Shown: positions 40,723 through 52,664, counted from the stretch's first letter. The stretch: DNA of 64,000 nucleotides from an uncultured Candidatus Saccharibacteria bacterium (GCA_964362865.1 CAYIGD010000002.1:4253-68252); one strand, 5' to 3'. The notes: generated by a model from the letters alone, not told the origin. Numbers and translations are program-made.

Positions 40723-41679
40723 TTATAATTTTTCGCGCACGTACAGCTCTCGAATCCCTTGTTTTAATTGAGTAATTCCCCGATGAGTTTTACTAGAAAC
40801 TATGTAGTCGTGCGCGATTTTCGGGGGGGTGTGAACAAGATCACTCTTTGTGATGACCACTATATATGGACGGCGGATTAAGATGGGGGAAAAGGTGCGC
40901 AGCTCCTGTTTTAAGACCTTGAATTGATCTTGTAAATCATCTTGGGTAGCGTCAAAAACATATACGAGGGCCCGGGTGCGCTCTATATGCTTCAGAAACC
41001 GGATTCCGAGTCCCTTTCCGGTTGATGCGCCGCCAATTAAGCCTGGAATATCAGCGATTACAATCCGAGGGCGACCTTCCAGTACACCGAGGCTGGGTCG
41101 GATTGTAGTAAACGGGTAGGCACCAACCTCCGGGTGGGCGTTTGTTAACGCGGTGATTAGGGAAGATTTCCCCGCGTTCGGGAATCCGACAAGACCAACA
41201 TCGGCGAGCAGTTTCAGCTTTAGTTCCAGCGTGCATTTTTCGCCCTTACCCGGTGGACGCGATTCTCGCGGTGCTCGGTTAGTTGAAGAGCGAAAATGGC
41301 GATTTCCCAATCCCCCCGCCCCCCCGCGGACAACTAAAAGTCTTTCGCCCGTATGGATCAGGTCGGAACGTATGCCGTTTCCCGATATTTGTGTCCCGAT
41401 TGGAACGGGAATGATCAGATCAGGCGCATTCGCGCCGGTTTTGTTGGAAGATCCGCCGTTTTCACCATTTTGGGCCTTAAAATGTCGAATTCGTACACAA
41501 TTATCGAGCGAGGTTAGGGATGAGTTCACTTCAAGAAACACATCGCCGCCTTTACCCCCGTCGCCGCCGTCTGGCCCGCCTCGGGGGACAAAGCGTTCAC
41601 GTCGAAATGAAACACAACCCATCCCTCCCGTGCCAGCGCTGAGCTCAATCTGCGCTTCGTCAATTAAGCGATATGCCAT
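40723..41679 (-). CDS. obg: GTPase Obg (short form lacking a C-terminal extension)
   Basis: Gly-rich Obg fold (GGPDGGDGGKGGDV) plus G-domain motifs GFPNAGKSSL, DIPG and TKSD. Only 318 aa. Confidence 0.9.
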   Translation of the reverse strand: MAYRLIDEAQIELSAGTGGMGCVSFRRERFVPRGGPDGGDGGKGGDVFLEVNSSLTSLDNCVRIRHFKAQNGENGGSSNKTGANAPDLIIPVPIGTQISGNGIRSDLIHTGERLLVVRGGAGGLGNRHFRSSTNRAPRESRPPGKGEKCTLELKLKLLADVGLVGFPNAGKSSLITALTNAHPEVGAYPFTTIRPSLGVLEGRPRIVIADIPGLIGGASTGKGLGIRFLKHIERTRALVYVFDATQDDLQDQFKVLKQELRTFSPILIRRPYIVVITKSDLVHTPPKIAHDYIVSSKTHRGITQLKQGIRELYVREKL

Positions 41680-41717
41680 CTTTGATTTTTTGGGAGGGAT
41701 ATTGATAGAAGCGAAGC

Positions 41718-42746
41718 TTATATACCCGGATCAAACGGTCGGCCGTTTCGTTCTGTTTGTAAATGCAGATGCGGTCCGGTAGAGTTTCCGGTGTCACCGA
41801 CGCCGCCGATTACTTCCGCTTGTCCGACTGTTTGTCCGATGCCCACATAGACTTGATTAAGGTGAGCGTACCGAGAAGTAAGGCCACCACCGTGGCTGAC
41901 CACAATTGATTTTCCGAATCCGCTCCCCCAACCACCCGTAATTTCTATCACAGTCCCGCTTGAAATCGCTCGAACCGGAGCGTTCGTATCCGCGCGATAG
42001 TCTACTCCGGCGTGGGAACGGGTTAAGCGACGTGAAACACCCTGAAACCCGCTTGACAAGGGGAAAACAAAATTTGTGTCTGCTGGCCCCTCTCCTGGGT
42101 CATCAATTCGTTCACGGGTTACTACTCGGCGAGAGGTACTTGTTGCGAGCGCAAGGCGCTTTTCGCGTGCCCTGCGATCTTCCTCTTTCTTTTTATTGAG
42201 GGCGATGAGCCAATCTTGGGAGGTTGAAATGTCTTTGCTGGCGATTTTTAACTCTTGACCGGGGGTCAAATCATTAACCTGGTCATTGGAAAGGCCATTG
42301 GCTTCTTGGACCGAGGCAACATGCAGATCAAACTTGTTCGCCACTGTGCTCGCGGTATCCCCTGCTTGGACAATGTAGGTTGTGTAGGCAACAGGGGCGT
42401 CTGAACGGTCTGATGCGTCAACGGGGATTGCGCTCGTGATCGTTTCTTCTTCGCGAAAATGAGCCGCAACGTTATTTCGGGATTCTCCCAGATAGGGGGT
42501 GTATGGGCCGACTGACTCCACAATGTCAGCCGCTTGCCCTGATGAGGTCAGTAGAATTCCTTGTTCAAGTTGAATTAGTTCCGCGTGCACAGTGATGCGC
42601 TGGAAAACGAGCAGGGCTAAAGCCGTACACAAAAAAGCAGCGTATTGACCGCCCAGACGGATACGACGCATAGGAATTGCTCGCATTCTTTCAGTGACAC
42701 GCCAGACTTCTTTCAGGGCCTTTATTACCCACTGTTGTAAGCTCAC
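41718..42746 (-). CDS. LysM-domain M23 family metallopeptidase
   Basis: N-terminal TM, a LysM domain (YIVQAGDTASTVANKFDL...ANGL) and the M23 motifs HAGVDY and GDTGNSTGPHLHL. Confidence 0.8.
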   Translation of the reverse strand: MSLQQWVIKALKEVWRVTERMRAIPMRRIRLGGQYAAFLCTALALLVFQRITVHAELIQLEQGILLTSSGQAADIVESVGPYTPYLGESRNNVAAHFREEETITSAIPVDASDRSDAPVAYTTYIVQAGDTASTVANKFDLHVASVQEANGLSNDQVNDLTPGQELKIASKDISTSQDWLIALNKKKEEDRRAREKRLALATSTSRRVVTRERIDDPGEGPADTNFVFPLSSGFQGVSRRLTRSHAGVDYRADTNAPVRAISSGTVIEITGGWGSGFGKSIVVSHGGGLTSRYAHLNQVYVGIGQTVGQAEVIGGVGDTGNSTGPHLHLQTERNGRPFDPGI

Positions 42747-42814
42747 GTTGTTCTTATACTACTCAAATTAGTTTAATCAGTCAATCCCAAATCATCTTTC
42801 GTATAGAGGGAGCG

Positions 42815-44026
42815 TTACTGAAGTTCGATCACAACGGATTGTATCGGTATTCCAACAACCGCGATGCCCGAGGGCGCCACAACGGAACGGGAAGTAAGTT
42901 CAACCGTGTAGCTACCGGGGTTTGCGTAACTTGCTAGATCAACTCGAACCCGTACGTCGCTTGCCGAAAGTGCTGTAAGCGCAGTAGCAGGGCCGCTGAC
43001 AATCACCTTAATACTTGAAGGATTCGTGCTTGCTATACGACGATTCGGGTTGAGGTTTACGGGCTCAAAATTCGCAATAATTTCCCGCTCGAGCACGATT
43101 GGCGCAAGGCTGATAGTGACCAGAACTTCAGGTTGATTGCTGTTCACTAAGCTAATTCCAGGCGGGAGATGAACGGCAAGTCTTTGCGTCAGCGATTCAC
43201 TGATCCCGTTCAGGTTGACTCTTGCCGTTTCGAGAGCGTTTGTTCCGGCCAATACGGCGGGCTCGCCTGTAACCTCTAGCGTTGATGGGTTGGTGGTGAT
43301 CGCTGTAACGACAAATCCAGGAGCAGTTCTGCCTTCGAGTGGAACTCGAATACCGACGGTTTTAGATTGCGTGCTGTCAACGATCGGGACGCGTACCTCA
43401 ACACTCGCTGGATTAAAGCTGATTGCCCCATATGGATTCCCACTCCCGTCTAAAGTCATAACAGGTACAATCCGCTCTACCTCTTCCGCTTCTCCCGCTA
43501 AAGTGATCAAGGCTGTGGCGGACTCAATTTTATCAATCAGACTTTGGGGACCGCGGGCAGTCACTACGCTGGGTTCGATGAGCGCTTGCGCGGGAATTTT
43601 TCCTTCCGCGGCGCTGCCATCGAAACGGACCCGTACCGGGATCTTTTTTTCACTTACTTTTTCGATCGTAACAAATGTTCGCTCCGGTGTTACGCGAACG
43701 ACTTGCACCCCCGCTTCTTTGCTCACGACGTTGATTTGAATTTCGTGCGTACCTTCCGCAATCCCGCGCAAATCGAGATATGCTCGAAACGAACGGGCGG
43801 TCAGTTCCCTGAGACGGATCGTTTCGGTCGAAATTGAGATTTTTACGGCTTTTACCTCAATGAGTGCCGCAAGATCAGGTTGGACATTCTCGATTTCAAC
43901 CGGAATTTCAACTGGGAATTGGCTGCGCGATATCGTACCGGACGCAATCAAAAACCAAACAATACTCGCCACAGCGATACTGATGAGCTTTAAGGGCTGA
44001 TTTTGAGTAAAACGCATCGACATCAT
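42815..44026 (-). CDS. cdaR: YbbR-domain protein (CdaR-like regulator of diadenylate cyclase)
   Basis: N-terminal TM followed by repeated YbbR-like beta domains. Lies immediately downstream of cdaA and overlaps it. Confidence 0.7.
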   Translation of the reverse strand: MMSMRFTQNQPLKLISIAVASIVWFLIASGTISRSQFPVEIPVEIENVQPDLAALIEVKAVKISISTETIRLRELTARSFRAYLDLRGIAEGTHEIQINVVSKEAGVQVVRVTPERTFVTIEKVSEKKIPVRVRFDGSAAEGKIPAQALIEPSVVTARGPQSLIDKIESATALITLAGEAEEVERIVPVMTLDGSGNPYGAISFNPASVEVRVPIVDSTQSKTVGIRVPLEGRTAPGFVVTAITTNPSTLEVTGEPAVLAGTNALETARVNLNGISESLTQRLAVHLPPGISLVNSNQPEVLVTISLAPIVLEREIIANFEPVNLNPNRRIASTNPSSIKVIVSGPATALTALSASDVRVRVDLASYANPGSYTVELTSRSVVAPSGIAVVGIPIQSVVIELQ

Positions 44027-44856
44027 CCCTCTTTCCGGTGCGCTGTATTAAACTCTCGTTTTAACAGGCGCTCTAAGCCTTTTAAATCGAGTCGGCGCAG
44101 TTGACTCCCCATTGCAACCGAAATGCTTCCTTTTGCTTCAGAAGTGACGATCACCAGCGCGTCCGTTTGCGATGATAGCCCGAGTGCTGCACGGTGACGA
44201 GTACCTAATTCGGTGTCGAAGATGGAATCCGAGAGGGGGAGTACGACGCTTGCCGCCGCGATTTGATTTCCGACCAGTACAACCGCGCCGTCGTGTAGCG
44301 GACTGTGGGGTTGGAAAATACTCATTAAAAGTTGGGCCGAAAGGCGCGCATTCAAGAGCATTCCGGATTCAATATAATCGCGTAACCCTGTCAAACGGCT
44401 TAAAACAATCAGGGAGCCGGTTTTAGTTTTTGCCAAGCGTTCCACCGCAAATAGAATCTCATGCATTACGTATTCCTGTTCCGGGGCTTTCAGGCGGGAA
44501 AAATCACCTGTAAAACGCGTTCGCCCCAGTCGTTCAAGCGCGGAGCGGATTTCGGGCTGGAATATAACGGGAATCGCGATTAAAAGCGTTGTCGCAAGGG
44601 CACGGAAAATGTAGTTTACGGCAATTAATTCAAACGCTATGCCGATAAAATAGACAATCGCAAGCAATCCGAGGCCGTATACAATTCTGAGCGCCCGCGT
44701 CTCTTTGGCCAGTAAAATTATATAGTAGATGAAGATCGAGACAATCAGGATATCGGCAATAATAATGAACGGGTCTTTGACTAAGTTAAACTGCCCGAAG
44801 AGCGTGTCAACTTTTGTCGCGGCCCCCAAAATTTTATTCGACAGTGTTTCCTGCAA
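44023..44856 (-). CDS. cdaA: Diadenylate cyclase CdaA (c-di-AMP synthase)
   Basis: Three N-terminal TM helices plus a DAC domain (TGSLIVL, HDGAVVL, GTRHRAALGLSSQTDALVIVTSEAKGSISV). Confidence 0.85.
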   Translation of the reverse strand: MQETLSNKILGAATKVDTLFGQFNLVKDPFIIIADILIVSIFIYYIILLAKETRALRIVYGLGLLAIVYFIGIAFELIAVNYIFRALATTLLIAIPVIFQPEIRSALERLGRTRFTGDFSRLKAPEQEYVMHEILFAVERLAKTKTGSLIVLSRLTGLRDYIESGMLLNARLSAQLLMSIFQPHSPLHDGAVVLVGNQIAAASVVLPLSDSIFDTELGTRHRAALGLSSQTDALVIVTSEAKGSISVAMGSQLRRLDLKGLERLLKREFNTAHRKEG

Positions 44857-46687
44857 CCGCGCTCCTTACCGTTTTTTCTCTTACGATCAGCATATCCCCT
44901 GCCAAGGGCTCAATGCTAGCATTCTCAATTCCGATTCCAGCTTCTGTCCCTTGGGAAATCGTAGTCACAGTTTCCGGGCCAATTCGAAGAGTTGCAATCA
45001 CAAGCGAACCGACACGTTCGCCTTCACGATCTATCTGAACTTGGCCGGTACGTAATTGCCCTTCCTCTACCGCGACACCGACGATTCCCTTCCCATTTTT
45101 GAAACGAAAAATCTTGAGGATCGTCGCTTTCCCAAGAGTTTTTGGACCGGCCGGTACTGTCAGCGCATCTTTCGTCTGATTAACAATGTCATAAATGATG
45201 TCGGATTCAATCACGCGGATGGAATGCAATTGGGCAAGTTGTGCGGCTGGTTTTGTAATGCCGCTTCGAAACCCGATCACAAGCGCGCTTGATGCAATCG
45301 CGACGTTAATATCAGACTCACTGACCGGGCCAACGCCTTCGAGGACATAGGTGATTGGCCGTTCTGCTAAAATGCCTTTAATCGCATTTTTTAGTGCGGG
45401 TAAAGAGCCCCCCACATCTGCCTTCAAAATGCAGGTTACTCCAGTCCCTCCGATTACATCGGAACTGTGACGCTGGGCGTGTGTGGTTTTAGCCCGGTCA
45501 ACACTTATCCGAGCGTCATCGGTATTTTCTACAACGGTGATTTGGTCCCCGACAGAGGGCAGCGTCGAAAGACCTGCAATCAGAACCGGCATTCCCGGGA
45601 GCGCTTGATCGATGCGTTTACCCGCATCATCTTCCATAAATCGGATTTTTCCGTAACTGAGAGCTGCGGTAACGACATCTCCTGTGCGAAAATGACCATC
45701 CTGTACAATTACCGTTGCGAGCGGTCCTTTTCCGGGGCTCATTTGACTCTCGAGAATTACCCCGAGACCAGGACGTTTTGGATTAACAGGGCGGGAGCGC
45801 ATGCTGGCGACAAGCTGGATGTATTCTAGCAGGGTATCAAGCCCTGTTCCAAGTTTTGCTGAGATGGGAACGACAACCGTATCTCCGCCCCAATCCTCGG
45901 GATTTAACCCGTGTTGTCCAAGCTCCTGCTTAAGACGTTCTAAGTCTGCACCGGGGGTATCCATCTTGGTTGCCGCAACGATGATCGGAACGTGCGCTAA
46001 GCGTGCATGTTGAATTGCTTCTTCGGTTTGGGGCTTAACTCCCTCGTCAGCGGCCACAACCAATACCACAACATCGGTTACGTTCGCTCCGTGGGCACGC
46101 ATTGCCGCGAAAGCCTCATGGCCGGGGGTATCAATAAACGTGAGCGCCACATCCCCGCCTGTTTTAGTGGGCACCTGAATCTGGTAGGCGCCGATGTGCT
46201 GCGTGATTCCCCCTGATTCGCCTTCTGCTACGCGTGTTTTGCGTAAACTATCAAGTAAGGTTGTTTTGCCGTGATCAACATGTCCCATCACGGTCACAAT
46301 CGCGCTCCGCTCGACACTCCCCTTTCGGCCAAGTACGGGTTCTTTACGGGACTCTACTTCGAGAGTTTTTTCTTTTTGATGTGGAGCAAAACCAAGTTCG
46401 TGCGCGGCGATTGCGGCGCTGTCGTAATCCACGCGCTCGTTCAAGGTTGCCAGTACGCCGTTATCTAAAAGCGCACGAATTACGGCGGTTACCGGTACTT
46501 CCAAAATGTCGGAAAGCTCTTTCACCCCCACCTCGGAAGGAATATTGACATCTTTTTTGAGGATGATTTTAGGGGCTTCAACGGATCTCTCGGAGTCGCG
46601 CGCAGCTTGAAGCACCTCGGCCTTTTTGAGGGCTTTGGCCTGCTTCTTGGAAATCTTTCTTTTTCGGACTTTATTCGTAAGCGCCAT
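44834..46687 (-). CDS. infB: Translation initiation factor IF-2 (short N-terminus)
   Basis: G-domain motifs [20 protein letters not shown] and ATKMD, plus a C-terminal beta-barrel. 617 aa. Confidence 0.95.
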   Translation of the reverse strand: MALTNKVRKRKISKKQAKALKKAEVLQAARDSERSVEAPKIILKKDVNIPSEVGVKELSDILEVPVTAVIRALLDNGVLATLNERVDYDSAAIAAHELGFAPHQKEKTLEVESRKEPVLGRKGSVERSAIVTVMGHVDHGKTTLLDSLRKTRVAEGESGGITQHIGAYQIQVPTKTGGDVALTFIDTPGHEAFAAMRAHGANVTDVVVLVVAADEGVKPQTEEAIQHARLAHVPIIVAATKMDTPGADLERLKQELGQHGLNPEDWGGDTVVVPISAKLGTGLDTLLEYIQLVASMRSRPVNPKRPGLGVILESQMSPGKGPLATVIVQDGHFRTGDVVTAALSYGKIRFMEDDAGKRIDQALPGMPVLIAGLSTLPSVGDQITVVENTDDARISVDRAKTTHAQRHSSDVIGGTGVTCILKADVGGSLPALKNAIKGILAERPITYVLEGVGPVSESDINVAIASSALVIGFRSGITKPAAQLAQLHSIRVIESDIIYDIVNQTKDALTVPAGPKTLGKATILKIFRFKNGKGIVGVAVEEGQLRTGQVQIDREGERVGSLVIATLRIGPETVTTISQGTEAGIGIENASIEPLAGDMLIVREKTVRSAVAGNTVE

Positions 46688-46759
46688 TACATGAAGTGTA
46701 GCACTAACCTGTTATCAGGGCAAGAAAAGAGATCCCCAGGGCAGATCCCCTGATCGAGC

Positions 46760-49294
46760 TTAAGCCTTGTTCGGAGCCTGCTCTTGGGGCGTTTGAGGCG
46801 CCAAACCGTCGGGCTGCGTTTTAACAAGAGCGGCAGATGCGACACGGTCGCCTTCGCGCAAGCGCATTAAAATCACGCCCTGCGTGTCGCGTCCGATTCG
46901 TCGGACACGTTTCAAGGGGAGTCTAATCATTGTTCCCTTAATCGAGAGCATGATGAGATCGCCCTCGTCGCCCGTGCTAACATGCATCGCAATCAACGCC
47001 CCGGTTTTGCCGGTCACTTTCGCAACTCGAATTCCCACCCCGCCGCGGTGTTGATTGCGAAAATTGGAAAGGCGCGTCCGTTTCCCAAGACCTTTCTCTA
47101 ATACGACCAAGACATCTGTTTGGTTAGTCAGTTGTTCCTGTCCGATCACGTCCACGCCGATCACCAGATCATCACTGCGCAACTTAATCGCTCGCACGCC
47201 TTCTGCGCCTCGGCCGATCGGGCGGACCTCGGTTTCGTTAAACAAAATCGCCTGGCCCTTGGCGGTTGCGATGAAGATTTCATCGCCCCCTCGTACAACG
47301 CGCACCCACTGCAACTGATCTTTGGCCCGCAGCGAAATCGCGATAATTCCGGATTTACGTACGTTTTGATACAAGCTGATCAAGGTTTTTTTGATCATTC
47401 CCCGCGAAGTTACGAACAAGATATAACTTTCAGTGAGGTTCTTCCCGCGACGTAAAGGGATCGTTGCTGTGACGCGCTCCTCAGGGGCGAGCTGGATAAT
47501 GTTTTGAACCGCAATCCCTTTTGCTTGGCGAGAGGCCGCGGGAATGTCATACACATTCGCGATAAACAGACGCCCACGATCGGTAAATAACCACATCTGG
47601 TCGTGAGTGTTTGCACCGACAACATCCAAAAGTATATCTTCTTCTTTCGGGGTCATGCCGGTGACGCCCACCCCTCCGCGTTCTTGTGCTCGGTATCCGC
47701 TCACCGGCTGTCGTTTTAAGTATCCTCCCCGCGTGAGAGTGACGATTACTTCCTCGTTCGGAATGAGATCTTCAGTGGTGAAACCTTTAAGAGCCGCGCT
47801 GACTACCCCTGTACGCCGCGGGTCGGAAAATTTATTTTTTAATTGCGTAAACTCTTTTTTGATAAGCGCCAGTATTTTTTTTGGATCTTCAAGCAACTCT
47901 TTTAGACGCGCGATTGTTTGCAGGATTTCGTCGTATTCAGCCTTGATTTTTTCGCGTTCCAACGCGGCAAGGGTTGCAAGCCGCATGTCCAGAATGGCAG
48001 TTACCTGGCGATCTGAAAGCTGAAAGGTTTTCTTGAGCGCTTGATGCGCGTCTTCCCGACTTGCTGATGCCTTAATCGTTGCGATTACGGCATCAATCTG
48101 CTGGAGGGCTTTAGTGAGCCCTTCTAAAATGTGAGCGCGATCTTGGGCGACTTTTAATTCATACTCGGCGCGCGCCTTCACTACGACCGTACGATGTTTT
48201 ATGTATTCTTCAAGAACACTCTTCAGGTTCAGTAACCTTGGTTGACGGCCGTCAACCAAGGTTACCATGTTCATATGAAAAGCGTTGTTAAGTGGGGTTA
48301 ATTCATAAAGGGCATTTAATACTTTTTTGGGATACGCAGAGCCTTTAAGATCAATCACTATTCGGACAGGATCTGTACGGTCCGATTCGTCTCGCAAGTC
48401 AGTTACCCCTTGGATTTTTTTATTTTTTACTAAATCGGCAATCTTAAGGACTAGATCCGCTTTGTTCACTTGGTATGGGAGTTCGGAAATAATAATCTTG
48501 AAATCCCCTTTTTTGTCCTGCGTGATCTCTGCCTTACCCCGCACGGTAATTCGCCCTCGGCCGGTAACATAAGCGCTCACGATTTCGGCTCGGCCGTAAA
48601 TCACCCCGCCCGTTGGGAAATCCGGCCCTTGAATGAATTGCATAAGATCTTCAACGGAAGCGGTCGGATGATCGATTAAGTGCACTGTCGCGTCGAGTAC
48701 TTCCCCCAGGTTGTGGGGGGGAATGTTGGTGGCCATCCCGACTGCGATTCCGAGCGTTCCGTTCAAAAGCAAGTTGGGGAGTTTACCGGGCAGAACCGCC
48801 GGTTCTTTGCGCGTGGCGTCATAGTTGTCAACGAAGGCCACCGTTTCTTTTTCGATGTCAAAGAGCAATTCCTCCGCCAAAGCGGTCATGCGCGCTTCGG
48901 TGTAGCGCATCGCGGCTGCGTTATCTCCATCGATCGAACCGAAGTTTCCCTGCCCTTGAACCAAGGGATAGCGCATCGAAAAGTTTTGAGCCATACGCAC
49001 CATTGAGTCGTATACCGCAACGTCTCCATGGGGATGGAATTTACCGAGAACCTCTCCCACCACGGTGGCTGATTTGCGCAGTTTCGCGCCGGAGCGCAAG
49101 CCCATCTCCCACATCGCCCATAAGATTCGACGGTGCACTGGTTTGAGGCCATCGCGCACGTCGGGTAGCGCGCGTGCGACAATCACGCTCATCGCGTATT
49201 CAAGGTAGGAACGCTCCATTTCGGGCACGATCCCACGCTCGGTTACGTTCGGGTTCTCGTTTTTTCGAGGAGTTAGTTTATGCTCTTCTGGCAT
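46760..49294 (-). CDS. gyrA: DNA gyrase subunit A
   Basis: AMRYTEARM, active-site Tyr region, GKFHPHGD, and a C-terminal beta-pinwheel. Confidence 0.97.
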   Translation of the reverse strand: MPEEHKLTPRKNENPNVTERGIVPEMERSYLEYAMSVIVARALPDVRDGLKPVHRRILWAMWEMGLRSGAKLRKSATVVGEVLGKFHPHGDVAVYDSMVRMAQNFSMRYPLVQGQGNFGSIDGDNAAAMRYTEARMTALAEELLFDIEKETVAFVDNYDATRKEPAVLPGKLPNLLLNGTLGIAVGMATNIPPHNLGEVLDATVHLIDHPTASVEDLMQFIQGPDFPTGGVIYGRAEIVSAYVTGRGRITVRGKAEITQDKKGDFKIIISELPYQVNKADLVLKIADLVKNKKIQGVTDLRDESDRTDPVRIVIDLKGSAYPKKVLNALYELTPLNNAFHMNMVTLVDGRQPRLLNLKSVLEEYIKHRTVVVKARAEYELKVAQDRAHILEGLTKALQQIDAVIATIKASASREDAHQALKKTFQLSDRQVTAILDMRLATLAALEREKIKAEYDEILQTIARLKELLEDPKKILALIKKEFTQLKNKFSDPRRTGVVSAALKGFTTEDLIPNEEVIVTLTRGGYLKRQPVSGYRAQERGGVGVTGMTPKEEDILLDVVGANTHDQMWLFTDRGRLFIANVYDIPAASRQAKGIAVQNIIQLAPEERVTATIPLRRGKNLTESYILFVTSRGMIKKTLISLYQNVRKSGIIAISLRAKDQLQWVRVVRGGDEIFIATAKGQAILFNETEVRPIGRGAEGVRAIKLRSDDLVIGVDVIGQEQLTNQTDVLVVLEKGLGKRTRLSNFRNQHRGGVGIRVAKVTGKTGALIAMHVSTGDEGDLIMLSIKGTMIRLPLKRVRRIGRDTQGVILMRLREGDRVASAALVKTQPDGLAPQTPQEQAPNKA

Positions 49295-49296
49295 TC

Positions 49297-51267
49297 TTAG
49301 ATATCCAAATTTTCTACGCTACGGGCATGAGTTTGGATAAAGCGCTTGCGCGGCTCGACTTCGTTACCCATGAGCATTGAGAATGTAACGTCCGCTTTCA
49401 AGCTATCGTCAATCGTTACGTTTAAGAGCATCCGATTTTCCGGGTTCATTGTCGTTTCCCACAGTTGTTCGGCGTTCATCTCTCCCAACCCTTTATAACG
49501 TTGGATTGTTGGTGGTTTGTGCTCTTTTCCTTTGGGCATGTCGGTTTCCATTTCAGAAAGTATGAGATTTTTTTCCTCTTCCGAGTACGCATACGTGGTT
49601 TTCCCCGAGCGCGTGATCGCATACAGAGGCGGCTGGGCGATATAGAGGTATCCATTTTTAATCACGTCCGGGTAATGGCGGAACAAGAAGGTTAAAAGCA
49701 GAGTGCGGATATGGGCGCCGTCCACGTCCGCGTCGGTCATAATCACAATTCGGTGATAACGCAATTTCGAATAATCTACCTGCTCACCCGCCCCGATTCC
49801 CATGGAGACAATCAGGGCTTTAATTTCTTCTGATGAAAGGATGCGGTCGAGTCGGGCACGCTCCACATTCAGGATTTTCCCCCGCAAGGGTAAAATTGCT
49901 TGAAAACGCCGGTCGCGCCCCTGTTTAGCGGTTCCTCCCGCGGAATCGCCTTCGACAATAAAGAGTTCAGTTTCGGCGGGGTTGCGATTGCTGCAGTCGG
50001 CCAGCTTACCAGGGAGCGTCATCCCTTCCAACGCCCCCTTGCGAATGATTGTTTCACGCGCTGCCCGCGCCGCAAGGCGGGCCCGTAACGAAAGGGTTGC
50101 TTTTTCGATAATACGCCGAGCGTCAGATGGGTGTTCGTCCAGATAATACGTGAGCGCTTCCGCCGTAGCTGATTCAACAGCCGTGCGTACCTCAGGATTT
50201 CCGAGGCGTGTTTTAGTTTGTCCCTCAAATTGGGGGTCGCGCAACTTCACCGATACAATCGCGGTTAATCCTTCGCGGACGTCTTCGCCCGTGAGCACGT
50301 GCGATGTATCTTTTGCGCCGAGCGTGCGGCGTAAATAATCATTCAGGGCGCGCGTTAGGGCCGATTTGAAACCAGTAAGATGTGTACCGCCTTCGGTTGT
50401 ATGAATGTTGTTGGCGAATGTAAATAAATGCTCGTTAAAGTCGTCAGTGTAGGCGAGCGCGACCTCCACGAGGATGTCATCGAGCAATTTTGAGACAAAA
50501 AATGGGGGGTCATTAAATGCGGTGCGCTCTTTGTTGAGATGGCGAACATACGATGCGATTCCACCTTCAAAATGAAACGTGTATGGGAACGCTGCAGCTC
50601 TCTCGCGCCGATCCGTAATCGTAAGCCAGATCCCTTTGGTCAGGTAGGCCTGTTGGCGGGCGTGGTCAAGGATATTTTTCAGATTAAATGAAATCTCCGT
50701 AAAGATTATCGGATCAGGTTCGAATGTAACGGTTGTCCCGGTTTTGGCATGCTCGGCAGGAGCGAGCTTCTCTTTCGTTACTTTGCTTTTTACCTTTCCT
50801 CGTTCGTACGTTTGGGTATAGCGTGTCCCGGCACGGTAGACATCAACTTGCATCCAGCTGGAGAGTGCGTTTACGACTGAGACGCCCACGCCGTGCAGGC
50901 CGCCGGATACCTTATATCCGCCTGTGCCGAACTTACCGCCGGCATGCAAGGTCGTCATCACGGTTTCGAGCGCGCTGAGCTTGGTTTGTGCGTGGGTATC
51001 CACGGGGATGCCGCGTCCGTTGTCGGTTACCTCAACGCGGGAATCCGGCAATAGGGTGACGCTGATGTGGCTAGCATGTCCGGCCATGGCTTCGTCAATC
51101 GCATTATCAAGCACTTCCCAAACCAAATGGTGGAGGCCTTCCAGGCCCGTACCGCCGATGTACATTCCCGGGCGTTTACGGACCGGTTCCAACCCCTCAA
51201 GTACGACGATTTGTTTGGCTGTATATTCGCTGTGGGCGTTCACCTGGATCCTTTTTAATACCGACAA
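49297..51267 (-). CDS. gyrB: DNA gyrase subunit B
   Basis: GHKL ATPase ([16 protein letters not shown]), Toprim (EGDSAGG) and [10 protein letters not shown]. Confidence 0.97.
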   Translation of the reverse strand: MSVLKRIQVNAHSEYTAKQIVVLEGLEPVRKRPGMYIGGTGLEGLHHLVWEVLDNAIDEAMAGHASHISVTLLPDSRVEVTDNGRGIPVDTHAQTKLSALETVMTTLHAGGKFGTGGYKVSGGLHGVGVSVVNALSSWMQVDVYRAGTRYTQTYERGKVKSKVTKEKLAPAEHAKTGTTVTFEPDPIIFTEISFNLKNILDHARQQAYLTKGIWLTITDRRERAAAFPYTFHFEGGIASYVRHLNKERTAFNDPPFFVSKLLDDILVEVALAYTDDFNEHLFTFANNIHTTEGGTHLTGFKSALTRALNDYLRRTLGAKDTSHVLTGEDVREGLTAIVSVKLRDPQFEGQTKTRLGNPEVRTAVESATAEALTYYLDEHPSDARRIIEKATLSLRARLAARAARETIIRKGALEGMTLPGKLADCSNRNPAETELFIVEGDSAGGTAKQGRDRRFQAILPLRGKILNVERARLDRILSSEEIKALIVSMGIGAGEQVDYSKLRYHRIVIMTDADVDGAHIRTLLLTFLFRHYPDVIKNGYLYIAQPPLYAITRSGKTTYAYSEEEKNLILSEMETDMPKGKEHKPPTIQRYKGLGEMNAEQLWETTMNPENRMLLNVTIDDSLKADVTFSMLMGNEVEPRKRFIQTHARSVENLDI

Positions 51268-51335
51268 AATAAATTGCGAGTAGTTCGCAAAAAATAGTCT
51301 TTCGAACTAATTATAACAGATTTCAGTCTTGGTTT

Positions 51336-52664
51336 CTAGCGCGTGAAATCGGCCTCGAGTGCACCGTCAAAGAGCACGCGATCGTCACGGATGAGGCGTA
51401 GCGTTTCCTCAGTTGCGCCAACCTGCTTCAATACGCGGGTTTTTGAACGGATGGATATGGATGAGGCGTATGAAAGTTCAACGACAGTTGATTGCCCAAC
51501 CGCCGTATCAGCCCAAAAACCGATTATTTTTTGACCATAGCGCAGCGTTGAAGATACTTTTTGCATAATTGGAAACCCCTGCGGGTTCGTTTCAAGCAGA
51601 AACGGATTCTTGCCGATATCTGCTCCGTTTACTAAAATTGCATTCAGTTGGGCGTCAGAGGGCACGATTATCTCCAGATAATTCGCGTCATCTCCATCGG
51701 GCCAAGAATATGAGCCAACATGGGTTCTGGTAATCCGTACATTTGTGAATCGAGCAGCGCCGACTGTTTGTTCATCAATATCTGTGTGCTGTCGAATCGA
51801 CCGCGAACTTTTTGCCTGATCAAGGTTTGCGTTGACAACTGCGAATATGGGTTCGGGGTCGGTCGGGACTCTTCCGGCCCAATTCCACTTCTCGACTCGT
51901 TGCTGATTTTGCGCGTTCCCAAACCAAAAGACGATTTGCTTTTCGCGTGCGAGGCGCGCGACATACCGAGCCAGCGTAACCGCATTTGTTTTTTTTATTT
52001 TTTCCAAGAATGGTGGGATGAGATTAGCAATGATGGTCTTCGGCTCGTTCATGTTAATATTTTCTTCTTGGGCGTAATATCCTTTTTCGACCTCATACTG
52101 AATTTGCGCAAAAAAATTCTCATGCGTTACTGTAAGGTTTTGTTCTGGAATGTAGATCGGCCCGGTGAGCTTCACAAGGGCTTCAGCAGCAGTGAGGGTG
52201 ATACCAATCACTCCATCAATTGATTCGCTCTTCGGCGCACCGTGCTCGTAAAACCACTGAACATGTTGAGCCGAATCGGCAAAGTCGGGATACCAGTTAG
52301 CGTCATGGAGTGCCCATCGGCCTTCATGATTAACGCGGCGAAGTGGTTCAGGGGGCTCCACTATATTTTCGGTAATAAAAGCGTTGTCACGTTTGTAGAT
52401 GTTTGTTTCAACTGCTAGATCTTTAATTGCGCCGTCTTCAAACTGAACACGAGCAAAACTACCAATAAATCCCCCGCCCGGGCGAATCTCACTATTGTTG
52501 AGAAATAATAAGAGGTACTTGCCAGATTTTGTATTCTGGTATAAACCATACAGATCGACAACCGGGGTAGCGAGCGCAAAAGTCGAGGTGCCCAACGCTA
52601 AAATTATCAGAGTGAGAAGCCCCTTGAGTACGAAGTGCGCGCCCAACCTAGGAGCACGTGCCAT
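51336..52664 (-). CDS. Secreted DUF4012-like protein
   Basis: N-terminal anchor followed by LLLFLNNSEIRPGGGFIGSFA, which resembles the DUF4012 signature (NNAE-R-TGGFIGS). Lies adjacent to polysaccharide-synthesis genes. Confidence 0.55.
   Translation of the reverse strand: MARAPRLGAHFVLKGLLTLIILALGTSTFALATPVVDLYGLYQNTKSGKYLLLFLNNSEIRPGGGFIGSFARVQFEDGAIKDLAVETNIYKRDNAFITENIVEPPEPLRRVNHEGRWALHDANWYPDFADSAQHVQWFYEHGAPKSESIDGVIGITLTAAEALVKLTGPIYIPEQNLTVTHENFFAQIQYEVEKGYYAQEENINMNEPKTIIANLIPPFLEKIKKTNAVTLARYVARLAREKQIVFWFGNAQNQQRVEKWNWAGRVPTDPEPIFAVVNANLDQAKSSRSIRQHTDIDEQTVGAARFTNVRITRTHVGSYSWPDGDDANYLEIIVPSDAQLNAILVNGADIGKNPFLLETNPQGFPIMQKVSSTLRYGQKIIGFWADTAVGQSTVVELSYASSISIRSKTRVLKQVGATEETLRLIRDDRVLFDGALEADFTR

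Noticed and set aside
40696-40730. Plus-strand TTGTCA ... TATAAT promoter-like match
   Set aside because: The spacer is about 23 nt, which is too long. It would also drive antisense transcription into obg.
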